NCBI RefSeq assembly: GCF_015521605.1
Contig: NZ_WANV01000017.1
Span: forward strand, 6,013-70,012
Length of the DNA stretch: 64,000 nt
Direction: 5' to 3'
DNA from: Thermococcus sp.
GTDB taxonomy: Archaea > Methanobacteriota_B > Thermococci > Thermococcales > Thermococcaceae
The stretch's first letter is position 1; each line of letters starts with the position of its first letter. The notes below the pieces were generated by a model, which ran no database searches, was not told the origin of the DNA, and worked only from the letters and a program-made list of their open reading frames with translations. The translations under genes and the position numbers were made by a program. Of this stretch, positions 31,246 to 39,911 are shown piece by piece.

Positions 31246-32808
31246 ATGAGGGCCCTTCCAGCGACTTTCATCATTTTCATTATGCTCTTTTCGACGCTCA
31301 GCGTTGCAGTAGCTGACAGCAGCTTCAACGAGACAGTCACTCAGCCTCAGCTCCCACACCTCACAATCTCTGACTACGTGAACAAGGCTCTCATCGCCAT
31401 CAAGGCCTGGCGCTTCGACAGCACCGGGCTAATCAGGACGAACACGGGCATCTACGTGGATGAGCAGTTTTGGGATTGGGTGACTGGCTCGATCCAGGCA
31501 AGCGCAAACCTCACCGACATGGCGCTGGACTGGCTGAACACCTTCAAGCAGAAGGTCCAGAACGACGAGGAAGTCGACTGGATCATCATCACCTGGCTGA
31601 AGCCGAACGATCGCATCAAAGAGGCCCTTGAGGCAGTTGGGGCGAAAGTCATCTACGTTGACGAGGGCATCCATGCAATCACCATCCGCGCCCGCCCGAG
31701 CCTCATCAAGAACCTCGTCTATTCCAAGGCCTTCGACTTCGGCTACCGCTTCTACATCAGAGAAGTTTGGCCAGACCTCTACGTCGCCAACAGCCCGGCA
31801 ACAGTTGAGAACGTCAACGCGGCCCTCCTCCAGGGCAACATCACTCCCGAACAGGTGGCCAACGCCAACTGGAACATCAAGCTGATAAAAGCGGATTTGG
31901 CCTGGAGCAAGAAGGGTATCACGGGCAAGGGTGTCACGATAGCGATCGTCGATACGGGCGTGGACTGCGACCACGTCATGCTCCAGGGCGCGTGCATAGC
32001 CAAAGCCAACTTCGTGAGCGACGAGCCTTCCGATGACCTCAACGGCCACGGAACCCACGTGGCCAGCATCGCCGCAGGGCGGCCAGTTAAGGTGAACGTG
32101 GACGGAAAAATTGTCTACGTGAGCGGTGTTGCGCCAGAAGCGAATGTTTTGGCCGTGAAAGTGCTCGGCAAGGACGGCGGGGGCACAATGACACAGATCA
32201 TCCAGGGGCTGGACTATGTTGTGGAATGGAAGAAGAAGCACCCTGACGAGCCGATAGTCGTGAGCATGAGCCTCGGAAGCCCGTTCGGAAGCCCAAGAGA
32301 CCCGATGGTCCAGAAGGTTGAACAGCTCATCAGGGAGGAGCACATCCCGGTCGTCATCGCGGCCGGAAACGAGTTCGTGGTCATAGACAGCCCCGGCATC
32401 GCCACCGGCGCCATCACCGTGGCCGCGGTTGACAGGGACATGAAGGTGGCCGAGTTCTCGGGCAAGGGGCCAGGCCTGAACATCTACGACATCAAGCCGG
32501 ACATAGCAGCTCCTGGCGTCAAGATAGTCGCCGCGAGGGCCGGAACGAAGAACGAGTTCATAGCCATGAGCGGAACCAGCATGGCCACACCGCACGTTTC
32601 CGGAGTTGTCGCCCTCATTCTCCAGGAGCACGGCACGCTGACGCCAGAGACTGTCAAGATGATCCTCCAGAAGACCGCTTATCCCTTGGACGGCATCAAC
32701 GCACTCCCGACCTGGAGTGGTGCGGGACTAGTGGATGCTTACGCCGCCGTGAACGCAGAGCCACCGAAAGAGAGCTTTTGGGGTTGGCTCGGGAGGCTGC
32801 TGCCATGA
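31246..32808 (+). CDS. Element-encoded secreted subtilisin-like serine protease (S8)
   Basis: 520 aa with a signal peptide. Triad motifs IAIVDTGVD, HGTHVASI and [12 protein letters not shown], plus an N-terminal propeptide-like region. Confidence 0.85.
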   Translation: MRALPATFIIFIMLFSTLSVAVADSSFNETVTQPQLPHLTISDYVNKALIAIKAWRFDSTGLIRTNTGIYVDEQFWDWVTGSIQASANLTDMALDWLNTFKQKVQNDEEVDWIIITWLKPNDRIKEALEAVGAKVIYVDEGIHAITIRARPSLIKNLVYSKAFDFGYRFYIREVWPDLYVANSPATVENVNAALLQGNITPEQVANANWNIKLIKADLAWSKKGITGKGVTIAIVDTGVDCDHVMLQGACIAKANFVSDEPSDDLNGHGTHVASIAAGRPVKVNVDGKIVYVSGVAPEANVLAVKVLGKDGGGTMTQIIQGLDYVVEWKKKHPDEPIVVSMSLGSPFGSPRDPMVQKVEQLIREEHIPVVIAAGNEFVVIDSPGIATGAITVAAVDRDMKVAEFSGKGPGLNIYDIKPDIAAPGVKIVAARAGTKNEFIAMSGTSMATPHVSGVVALILQEHGTLTPETVKMILQKTAYPLDGINALPTWSGAGLVDAYAAVNAEPPKESFWGWLGRLLP

Positions 32809-32951
32809 AGAAGTTCATCCTTTTCCTCCTCATTATTCTCCTCTTCACACTGTTCCTCGTCGGCGTGCAGAAGTTCCTGGAGAACGTCAGCCTCGCCATT
32901 GCGATCGCCCTCGTGCTCCGCATTGTGGATGAGTATGTGGATGGTGATTAG
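32805..32951 (+). CDS. Small TM protein (48 aa)
   Basis: Own call. ATGA overlap with the subtilase stop. MKKFILFLLIILLFTLFLVG. Confidence 0.45.
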   Translation: MKKFILFLLIILLFTLFLVGVQKFLENVSLAIAIALVLRIVDEYVDGD

Positions 32952-32953
32952 CC

Positions 32954-33211
32954 GTGTGGGGTTTGGAAGATAAACCGCTTCCTCTGAGGTTGGGAATAGC
33001 GATCCTCGCTGACGTCATTGATGCCCTGAACATGATTCCAGGGCTCAGCGACATCATCGAGGCTCCGCTTAACGCCTTCATAGCCTATGCCCTAACTGAC
33101 AATGTAAAAGCCTTGGCAGTGGGTGCTGCAGACGGTATCCTTCCAGCGCCGATTGACTGGTTCCCTTCAGCGACCATTATGGTGCTCGCAGATGAGTTCG
33201 GCTGGATTTGA
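32954..33211 (+). CDS. Small hydrophobic protein (85 aa)
   Basis: GTG start 2 nt after the previous stop. Amphipathic/hydrophobic sequence. Confidence 0.5.
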   Translation: MWGLEDKPLPLRLGIAILADVIDALNMIPGLSDIIEAPLNAFIAYALTDNVKALAVGAADGILPAPIDWFPSATIMVLADEFGWI

Positions 33212-33251
33212 GCTTTCGTTTTCTTCCTTCATCAAAGCGAGGTGAGAGAAA

Positions 33252-33623
33252 ATGAGTGCTGTTGGGCTGATCCTCGTCACTCTCATTGGGGCATTCATAC
33301 TCGCCACGGCCCTGTATTCATCAGGCGAGATGGCATTGGTTGTTGCTATCGGTTCGTTTGTAGCTCTTACCTTCCTCAAGCCCGAGCTGCTCTTCGAGGA
33401 CGTTTTTGCAATACAGGGGGTCATGTACTTCAAAGTGATTACGATACTTTTCGGCTATGTCTGGTACCTTGCAGGCTATGTCTTCGGGAACGTGGCCAAG
33501 TGGATTCTTGGAATAGCTCTCCTCGGCGTCTTCCTGTGGAGCCAGGGAATACACAGCATCAGCGACATCAAAAACGCGATCCAGCTTTCAAGCGGACTGG
33601 TCTTCTGGCTGGTGAGGGGGTGA
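33252..33623 (+). CDS. Polytopic membrane protein (123 aa, about 4 TM)
   Basis: Successive hydrophobic stretches, same strand, tight spacing. Confidence 0.6.
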   Translation: MSAVGLILVTLIGAFILATALYSSGEMALVVAIGSFVALTFLKPELLFEDVFAIQGVMYFKVITILFGYVWYLAGYVFGNVAKWILGIALLGVFLWSQGIHSISDIKNAIQLSSGLVFWLVRG

Positions 33624-33628
33624 GATGA

Positions 33629-34345
33629 GTGTACAACCCCGAGCTCGCCGCTACGACCTCGCAGGCCGTCATGCTCAGCATCCTCATCGTTGCTACTGCC
33701 TTCTTCGCCTACTTTGTGGTCTCCAAAAGGGCCGACATCTTTGGGGCGATCCTGCTCATGCTTCTCACAGCCTTCATGGCGAGGAATTACTATTACGTTG
33801 TCTACAGTGCGGGAGCGATGCTCGTCCTCGCCACTGTCGCTTACCTCACCAGCTATGACGAGGGGACAGTATCAGGGGCACTCTTTTGGGCCGGAATCGG
33901 GCTCTTTGCCTCGCTCATGATATTCTACGTCATGCCCGAGACAGTCAAGATGGGACAGGATCAAGCCTTTATCTACATCGTGCTCGTCCCGAGCTTCCTC
34001 ATTGTCCTCATTTCGGACTGGAAAGGGAAGTTTAACTTCGAGTGGGAGAACGCGCTGGCGATATTGATCCCGATCGCCTTTGCATTGGCTTTCGTCAGCA
34101 TGGTTGGGACATCCCACATCATTTGGGGGGCCGCGATCATGCTCTTCGGGATCATACTTGAATACTTCAATGCAGGCTTCGCCTCGACGGTGGCATTTGT
34201 CTCTGGATTCATTATCTGGCTTGATGACGTCATTGGGTACTCTTTGTATCCGAACTATGGCAATACTGCGGCCCTCCACATCCTCGGCCCTGTGGGAGCC
34301 GGGCTTGCGCTGATATATCTCTACCTGCTCGTGTGGGGTGATTGA
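33629..34345 (+). CDS. Polytopic membrane protein (238 aa, about 7 TM)
   Basis: Hydrophobic throughout. GTG start 5 nt after the previous stop. Confidence 0.65.
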   Translation: MYNPELAATTSQAVMLSILIVATAFFAYFVVSKRADIFGAILLMLLTAFMARNYYYVVYSAGAMLVLATVAYLTSYDEGTVSGALFWAGIGLFASLMIFYVMPETVKMGQDQAFIYIVLVPSFLIVLISDWKGKFNFEWENALAILIPIAFALAFVSMVGTSHIIWGAAIMLFGIILEYFNAGFASTVAFVSGFIIWLDDVIGYSLYPNYGNTAALHILGPVGAGLALIYLYLLVWGD

Positions 34346-34997
34346 GATGAAGAAGAAAGCCCTTGCAGTTTTCGTTTTGTTTCTGATTGTAGCGGCCCCC
34401 ACGGTGGGCGCATGGAGCCTGAAAGACCTGCTCAAAGGCACGGCAAGCCACGCCCTCGACCTTTTCACGAGAGAAGTGATGCCAGTCGATGGATACAAAG
34501 GCCTCAAGGTCGGCGAAGGCTTCTGGATCGAGGGCGAGCACTTCTGGAACCCTGACTACTACGTCCAGCTCAACGACAGTAGAGTCTACTGGAGCTACCT
34601 CGTGCCGACAGACGTGGACGTGAAAGTGCAGGTCTGGAAGGTCTATCTTGGCATCTTTGCGTTCCCCTACGCGACCTACGACGACATCTGGTGGAAGAAA
34701 GAGAAGGTTGGGGACGGCTGGATTGGAGCGTTCTTCGTGTGGGACTTCAGCTGGAGGCCCGGCCACGGTTGGAGACCTGCAGGAAAGGCATACATCGCTT
34801 ACAACCTGCCGAGCGCCCAAGACCTCAACGTCAAGAACGTCACGATACTCCAGAACGGCTCGGTTCAGGTTCTCTTCAACGACAACACGACGAAGCTCCT
34901 GAGCTTTGAGGAGTTTGAAGGCTTCGGGAACATGACTGTTGAGAACGTGACGTTCCGTCACCTGGTTGGGAACCTCTACTTGGTGAAAAGGGGGTGA
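34338..34997 (+). CDS. Secreted protein (219 aa)
   Basis: Signal peptide MKKKALAVFVLFLIVAAPTVGA. 8-nt overlap with the upstream gene. Confidence 0.6.
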   Translation: MIEMKKKALAVFVLFLIVAAPTVGAWSLKDLLKGTASHALDLFTREVMPVDGYKGLKVGEGFWIEGEHFWNPDYYVQLNDSRVYWSYLVPTDVDVKVQVWKVYLGIFAFPYATYDDIWWKKEKVGDGWIGAFFVWDFSWRPGHGWRPAGKAYIAYNLPSAQDLNVKNVTILQNGSVQVLFNDNTTKLLSFEEFEGFGNMTVENVTFRHLVGNLYLVKRG

Positions 34998-35001
34998 AAG
35001 G

Positions 35002-35127
35002 ATGTTTGGACTGGAGGTTCTGAACCTGAGTCCCGAGACGGCCTTCGCGGTAGGGGTGCTCTTCGGCCTGCTCCTGGCGTGGGGAATATACGAAGACCTG
35101 TACGCAGACAGGAGGGCACGGGCATGA
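35002..35127 (+). CDS. Small TM protein (41 aa)
   Basis: Own call. FAVGVLFGLLLAWGI helix. ATGA overlap with the next gene. Confidence 0.35.
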   Translation: MFGLEVLNLSPETAFAVGVLFGLLLAWGIYEDLYADRRARA

Positions 35128-35441
35128 GCCTGAGAACAGGCCTGATCCTCGCCCTGGCCTACATCGTGCCCTTCGCCATACTCATGCCACCGCAGAGCAC
35201 AAACGATCCCACCAGCGTCTTCCTCTGGTTCCTCTATCCTGTCATTTCAGGGATCATCATGGTCGGCGTCGTCATCGTCGCCTGGAAGTTCTTCGACATC
35301 GACTTCATCCCGTGGGGCCTGCTACTCCTCGTAGGCGCTCCACTGCTCACGCTGCTACTTAGTCCAATCTTCAGCCTCATGTGGGGCTTCTACATCGTGC
35401 CGACGGCCCTCGTCTTCCTCGTCGGCCTCCTGGAGGGGTGA
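35124..35441 (+). CDS. Membrane protein (105 aa, 3 TM)
   Basis: ATG 35124 within the 120-aa ORF. MSLRTGLILALAYIVPFAIL. Confidence 0.6.
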   Translation: MSLRTGLILALAYIVPFAILMPPQSTNDPTSVFLWFLYPVISGIIMVGVVIVAWKFFDIDFIPWGLLLLVGAPLLTLLLSPIFSLMWGFYIVPTALVFLVGLLEG

Positions 35442-35443
35442 GA

Positions 35444-35584
35444 ATGGTCAGCAAGAAGGTGTACCTCAAAAGGAAGCGCGAAATCCTGCACCGCGTCATC
35501 ACGAACCTTCAGAAGGAGCTCGCGCGGGTGAACCGCGAGCTGAAACAGCTTGAGAGGGGTGAGAGCCATGGAGCCCGCTCATGA
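35444..35584 (+). CDS. Small coiled-coil protein (46 aa)
   Basis: Own start choice (ATG 35444, 2 nt after the previous stop). KKVYLKRKREILHRVITNLQKELARVNRELKQLE. Confidence 0.4.
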   Translation: MVSKKVYLKRKREILHRVITNLQKELARVNRELKQLERGESHGARS

Positions 35585-36479
35585 ACCCGAAGTCAGGGAG
35601 GACATCCGCGGCGAGCTCGCAAAGAAGGTTAAGAACAAAAACGAGAACAGACAGAGGTTCTGGAGGCTGGCTATCACCTTCATCGGTAGCCTGCTTGGCT
35701 TCGGCCTCATAGCCTACGCCGCGCCAGGGTTCTACGAGACAACCCTGAGCATCCATGAGAGCCTCGCCGCGCCCCGCTACAGCTTCTACGTCCTGGTGGG
35801 CTCGATAGCATTCGTCGAGTTCATGCGCATGACGTGGGTCGAGAGCGCCAAAGCCCGCTCAAAGAGACTCATCCCGCTCACCAGCCCGGAGACGGAGATT
35901 TGGGTCAAGGAGAAGCCGCTCATCGGGCTCAAGCTTCCGTTCACGAACCGCGAGATCAAGAACAAGAGGATAAAGCCCCACATCGTTGAGACCGAGCTCG
36001 GCTGGCGCGTGTATCCGAATAAGTCTCTCCTCTCGCCGCAGTGGAACGGCGAGATATACTTCATCCCCTACGACAGCATCCACGGCTACGGCAACACGAG
36101 GATCATCAGCGCCAGGAAGCCAAGCCAGCCGACCTACTATGAGACCGATCCAGTCACGGGCGAGGCTATCCCTGTCTACGTGTGGGAGCCGATTGACCTC
36201 GGCGAAGAGAAGTACATGAAAGCGCAGAAGGAGATCGCTTACCTCCAGGCCGAGAACAGGATTCTGAAAGAGTACGCCGAGCGCGGTTACCTGCTCGCTA
36301 AAGAAATCAGCCAGATCCCGCAAGAGTTCTTCGAGGAGCTCTCCAACAGAGGCTTCGAGAAGGCGAAGCAGATCCTCGACATCATGGGCAAGGGCTTCTT
36401 CAGCGAGGTCGGGAAGATCAAGAAGGAGGAAATCTCCGCCATTCTGGAAGCAATCAAGAAAGACCGCGAAGCCTGGTGA
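35568..36479 (+). CDS. Membrane protein with two N-terminal TM helices and a C-terminal helical domain (303 aa)
   Basis: FWRLAITFIGSLLGFGLIAYAAP and YVLVGSIAFVEFMRM helices. C-terminus is heptad-like. Confidence 0.6.
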   Translation: MEPAHEPEVREDIRGELAKKVKNKNENRQRFWRLAITFIGSLLGFGLIAYAAPGFYETTLSIHESLAAPRYSFYVLVGSIAFVEFMRMTWVESAKARSKRLIPLTSPETEIWVKEKPLIGLKLPFTNREIKNKRIKPHIVETELGWRVYPNKSLLSPQWNGEIYFIPYDSIHGYGNTRIISARKPSQPTYYETDPVTGEAIPVYVWEPIDLGEEKYMKAQKEIAYLQAENRILKEYAERGYLLAKEISQIPQEFFEELSNRGFEKAKQILDIMGKGFFSEVGKIKKEEISAILEAIKKDREAW

Positions 36480-36592
36480 CTCTTTCGTTTTCAATTTCCG
36501 CCGTGAAAGGGGCCGGACGTGAGTAGGGGTCCCGAAAGCGTCCGCCCCCACGGCAACGCCGGCCCGTGTGGGCCGAAAACTGCCGCGAGGTG

Positions 36593-36615
36593 ATCAAGTC
36601 AAGACGTGACTTGAT
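36593..36615. repeat. Perfect 9-bp inverted repeat ATCAAGTCA-n5-TGACTTGAT
   Basis: Read directly. Lies in the only sizeable intergenic gap (36480-36670) of the long + strand gene array, 55 nt upstream of the wHTH gene. Confidence 0.6.
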
Positions 36616-36670
36616 GGCTTGAAGGCCACATATCAGGAAAATCACACATTCCAAAACGGGAGGTGAAAAG

Positions 36671-37216
36671 GTGGCGAACGGGTTAGTCCTGAGTAGGTTT
36701 GAGTATATTTCGCGTTTGAAGGCCGAAGCGGCCGAGGATGGGGAAGCCAAGTACCTTGACCTCGCCCTTTCTCTCATGGAGAAAGCAGCGCAGCTCGAGG
36801 AGGAGATGGAGAAGGTCCCTGGAATCTACCGTGAGAAAAAGCTCGAGATAGCAAAGTCGATCATAGAACAATACCGCCAAGCGAATGAGCTCCTCGTCAA
36901 GGCGATTCTTGTTGGAGAGAGCGCCGAGATGGCACTAAGGAAGCTCGAAAGGATGCTGAGCTCACGAGCAACGCTGAGGACGAAGATTATCGCGGCCCTC
37001 TATGGGGAGACAGAACCAATCGGCCCCTCCGAGCTCGCCGAACGCTTTGGCATCTCGGCGCAGGCAGTGCATCAGGCGCTCCAGGAGCTCGACAAGCTCA
37101 AGGTCGTGGAGAAGGACGAGAAAGGCCGCTACAAGCTCCGTGACGGCGTGATGGACGAAGTCTTCAGGCTTCTCTGGCAGAGCGTCGCAGAGCTCAAGGC
37201 GAGGGGAGCGATATGA
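36671..37216 (+). CDS. Winged-helix DNA-binding protein (181 aa)
   Basis: C-terminal wHTH PIGPSELAERFGISAQAVHQALQELDKLKVVEKDEKGRYKL. GTG after GGAGGTGA. Confidence 0.6.
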   Translation: MANGLVLSRFEYISRLKAEAAEDGEAKYLDLALSLMEKAAQLEEEMEKVPGIYREKKLEIAKSIIEQYRQANELLVKAILVGESAEMALRKLERMLSSRATLRTKIIAALYGETEPIGPSELAERFGISAQAVHQALQELDKLKVVEKDEKGRYKLRDGVMDEVFRLLWQSVAELKARGAI

Positions 37217-38466
37217 TGAGCGCATATCTCGACCGCTTCGTCGTCCAGCCGCAGGAAATCAAAATCGACCAGCCGAGAACCCACGCCGTAGGCATCACGC
37301 GCGGGAAAAACTTCGTCTATGTCTCGGCAGACATGGTGCACAGATACATCTCCGGCCAGACCAACGCGGGAAAAACAACCCTCGCACAGACGCTCATGGA
37401 GGTAGACTTCCTTCGCGGCAGAAAAATCGTCGAGATTGAGCCCGCTCTGGAAGCAAAAAACGAGCGGGCATTCATGAACCTGCCAAATGACGATGACGGC
37501 ATGCTTGAGGTTCTCACCAAGTACTTCCGCCTTGAGCCGAGGCCCTTCAAGGCCATCGTGTACTCTCCAGCGACACGGAAGTACCGCGCTTTCATGAAGA
37601 ACGACGAGGGGATCCGCTCGAAGTTCTACAAGTCGCTCAAGATCACCGAGCCCGACGTTGTTGACCTAATCCCGGCCATTTTCCCGGGTGGATCCATTGA
37701 AAGGCTCATCATCAACAAGGCATATAAGAAATACACTGAAGAGATTAGGCCAAAGAGGAAAGAGCGCTCTATATCAGAATTCCTGGAAGTCTTCGAGGAG
37801 ATTGGGAAAGGGGCAAACTTTAGCAGCTTCACCTTGCTGAAAATCGAATACATAGCAAGCGTCCTCCACAGCAATGGAGAGTACAAAATAGATGAAATAC
37901 TCAAGAAAAAAGACGAGATCAGCGTCTTCACGTTCACTTTCATAAGAGACCCACTCGAAAGGTATCTGTGGGCCATGGCCATTCTCAACATTATCTATGA
38001 CAGGTGGGAGTACCTCAAGCGGAAAGATGATATTCTGAGCTTCTATGTAGCCGATGCCCATCTGCTCGCACCAAAGAAGAAGAAAGACATGATCGACACC
38101 CTCGCCAGGTACCAGGAGCGCATGAAGCAGAACTTACAAGTCTACTCGAGAATCTCGCGAGGAAAAGGCCTATTGTGGACATTTGACAGCCAGGAGTTTG
38201 ATGATCTGGACGATGTCGTGGTCGCACAGTGTCAGGAGCGCTTCATCAAGCGCATGAGAAACCAAGAAGTGGCAGACAAGCTAAAGATAAACGATGCAGA
38301 GTTGAGGCGCCTGGACAAGAAGTTCGCCTACTTCGACGACGGCTACATGGTGAAGAAAATCCTTGTCAGGCCGCCCATGAGCCGGAAGGCCCGTTCTGGA
38401 GAATTTCTCCCGATCCACTTCGTGAAAGAATACGAGAGGTGGGAGAATGAGGAGGCGAATTATTAG
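37213..38466 (+). CDS. P-loop ATPase, HerA/FtsK/VirB4-like
   Basis: 417 aa. Walker A GQTNAGKTT and Walker B-like ILSFYVADAH. 4-nt overlap with the wHTH gene. Confidence 0.7.
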   Translation: MMSAYLDRFVVQPQEIKIDQPRTHAVGITRGKNFVYVSADMVHRYISGQTNAGKTTLAQTLMEVDFLRGRKIVEIEPALEAKNERAFMNLPNDDDGMLEVLTKYFRLEPRPFKAIVYSPATRKYRAFMKNDEGIRSKFYKSLKITEPDVVDLIPAIFPGGSIERLIINKAYKKYTEEIRPKRKERSISEFLEVFEEIGKGANFSSFTLLKIEYIASVLHSNGEYKIDEILKKKDEISVFTFTFIRDPLERYLWAMAILNIIYDRWEYLKRKDDILSFYVADAHLLAPKKKKDMIDTLARYQERMKQNLQVYSRISRGKGLLWTFDSQEFDDLDDVVVAQCQERFIKRMRNQEVADKLKINDAELRRLDKKFAYFDDGYMVKKILVRPPMSRKARSGEFLPIHFVKEYERWENEEANY

Positions 38467-39646
38467 CGTCTTACTCATAATAATATATATGAATATAGCA
38501 CTTCATACCTATGCACTCGCATTTACATGGCAGCGGGAGGTCAGGCTCGGCGAACCCATTCTCATATATCATAATGATACCCTGCTCTATAACATCAGCA
38601 TCGAGATCAACAAGCAGGACAACCATACCTACGCCCTCATCCAGGACCTCCAGGCCGGAAGGCTCCTGGTTGAGAATATCGACTGGAACACTGTCGAGCT
38701 CGACGATACCAATATCAGCATCGTGAGCACGAGGAAGAGCATTCAGAACAAAACCGCCCTCATCATCATCACTGGTCCTGATGCCTACGCCGTGCTCCTC
38801 CAGGGCGAGCTGGCCAATGAGACCGAGCCGGAGAACCTGACGAACATCACTGTCGCGAACCAGACGAACCAGACCAACACCACCCCGACGAACCTGACTC
38901 CCGTCAATCTCACGCCCATCAACCTCACTCCCGTGATAATTCCAGAAAACGTTACCTGTGAGAGCGTCGAGGAGTGCCAGCAAATAATCGACAACCTGAC
39001 CGCACAGCTCGAACAGCTGAAGCAAGAGCGCGACGAACTGGCCAAACAGCTCCAGTACCTCCAGCAGCAACTCAACATGACTCAAACCGAAAACGAGCAG
39101 CTGAGAAAGCAGATCGAGATACTCCAGAAAGCCCTTGAGGAGAGGAACCAGCGCATCCGCGAGCTCGAAGAGGAGATCGAGCGCCTCAAGGCCGAACAGT
39201 GGTCGTGGGAGACTGCAAAGGAGAAGGCCGAAGAGCAGTACATGCTGTGGACGCCCTGGATATTCCCGCTTGTCTTGGGCGGGCTCGTCGTGAGCTACAG
39301 GAAATACAAGAAGATGAAGAAGTACGCCGAAGTCATGATCGACCAGAAGGCCCGGGAGCTCAAGGAGGAGCTTCTCTCTGAATACCTCAAGAAGGATCTG
39401 CTGAGGGCGAAGATCGAGACCATAGTCGATGATCCAAACCTCCTGGTTATTCTGAGAACCATCATCCCGCAGCTAACTGGAAGCCAGGAGATTACAAAGG
39501 GCGACATCCTCGAGCTCGACGTTGACCAGGTCGCAGAGCTCGCGAGGAAGAAGTTCCTCCTCAAGGAGAACCGCGTCGAGTACCTCAAGAAGAAGCTCAT
39601 CGAGCTGAAAGAAAAAATAAAGGAGGAGGCGGGCGGAGATGTTTGA
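38447..39646 (+). CDS. Type I membrane protein: sequon-rich ectodomain, long coiled coil, TM helix, cytoplasmic tail (399 aa)
   Basis: N-terminal hydrophobic leader, 15 NxT/S sequons, coiled coil LTAQLEQLKQERDELAKQLQYLQQQL.., TM WIFPLVLGGLVVSY. Confidence 0.65.
   Translation: MRRRIISVLLIIIYMNIALHTYALAFTWQREVRLGEPILIYHNDTLLYNISIEINKQDNHTYALIQDLQAGRLLVENIDWNTVELDDTNISIVSTRKSIQNKTALIIITGPDAYAVLLQGELANETEPENLTNITVANQTNQTNTTPTNLTPVNLTPINLTPVIIPENVTCESVEECQQIIDNLTAQLEQLKQERDELAKQLQYLQQQLNMTQTENEQLRKQIEILQKALEERNQRIRELEEEIERLKAEQWSWETAKEKAEEQYMLWTPWIFPLVLGGLVVSYRKYKKMKKYAEVMIDQKARELKEELLSEYLKKDLLRAKIETIVDDPNLLVILRTIIPQLTGSQEITKGDILELDVDQVAELARKKFLLKENRVEYLKKKLIELKEKIKEEAGGDV
38891..38935 (+). repeat. 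Three tandem 15-bp units encoding NLTPV/NLTPI/NLTPV
   Basis: AACCTGACTCCCGTC / AATCTCACGCCCATC / AACCTCACTCCCGTG, read directly. Confidence 0.8.
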
Positions 39647-39911
39647 ATGGTTTCTCTACATCTCCCTGGCCCTCGGGGCCTGGCTGATCTATGAGGTCGT
39701 GGCCGACAAAGTTCATGGCCCCGGCCGATACTGGATAACCCTCAACGTCGAGGGCGATGCCGACCGCGTCGAGTACCTCATCAGGCAACTCGCAAAGGAG
39801 CAGAAAATCAAGATCAGGAGCTACAAAGTCACGACCGAAAAACCCTCCAAACGCAAGAGGAAAAAGCTTTTTGGAGGTTTGCCGAAAAAAGAAAAGGAGG
39901 GTGCCACATGA
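39639..39911 (+). CDS. Small membrane protein with Lys-rich tail (90 aa)
   Basis: N-terminal TM helix FLYISLALGAWLIYEVV and a C-terminal KRKRKKLFGGLPKKEKE. Overlaps both neighbours. Confidence 0.5.
   Translation: MFEWFLYISLALGAWLIYEVVADKVHGPGRYWITLNVEGDADRVEYLIRQLAKEQKIKIRSYKVTTEKPSKRKRKKLFGGLPKKEKEGAT

Noticed and set aside
31429-32631. 400-aa minus-strand ORF
   Set aside because: It is antisense to the subtilase gene, which has a complete catalytic triad. It is a shadow ORF.
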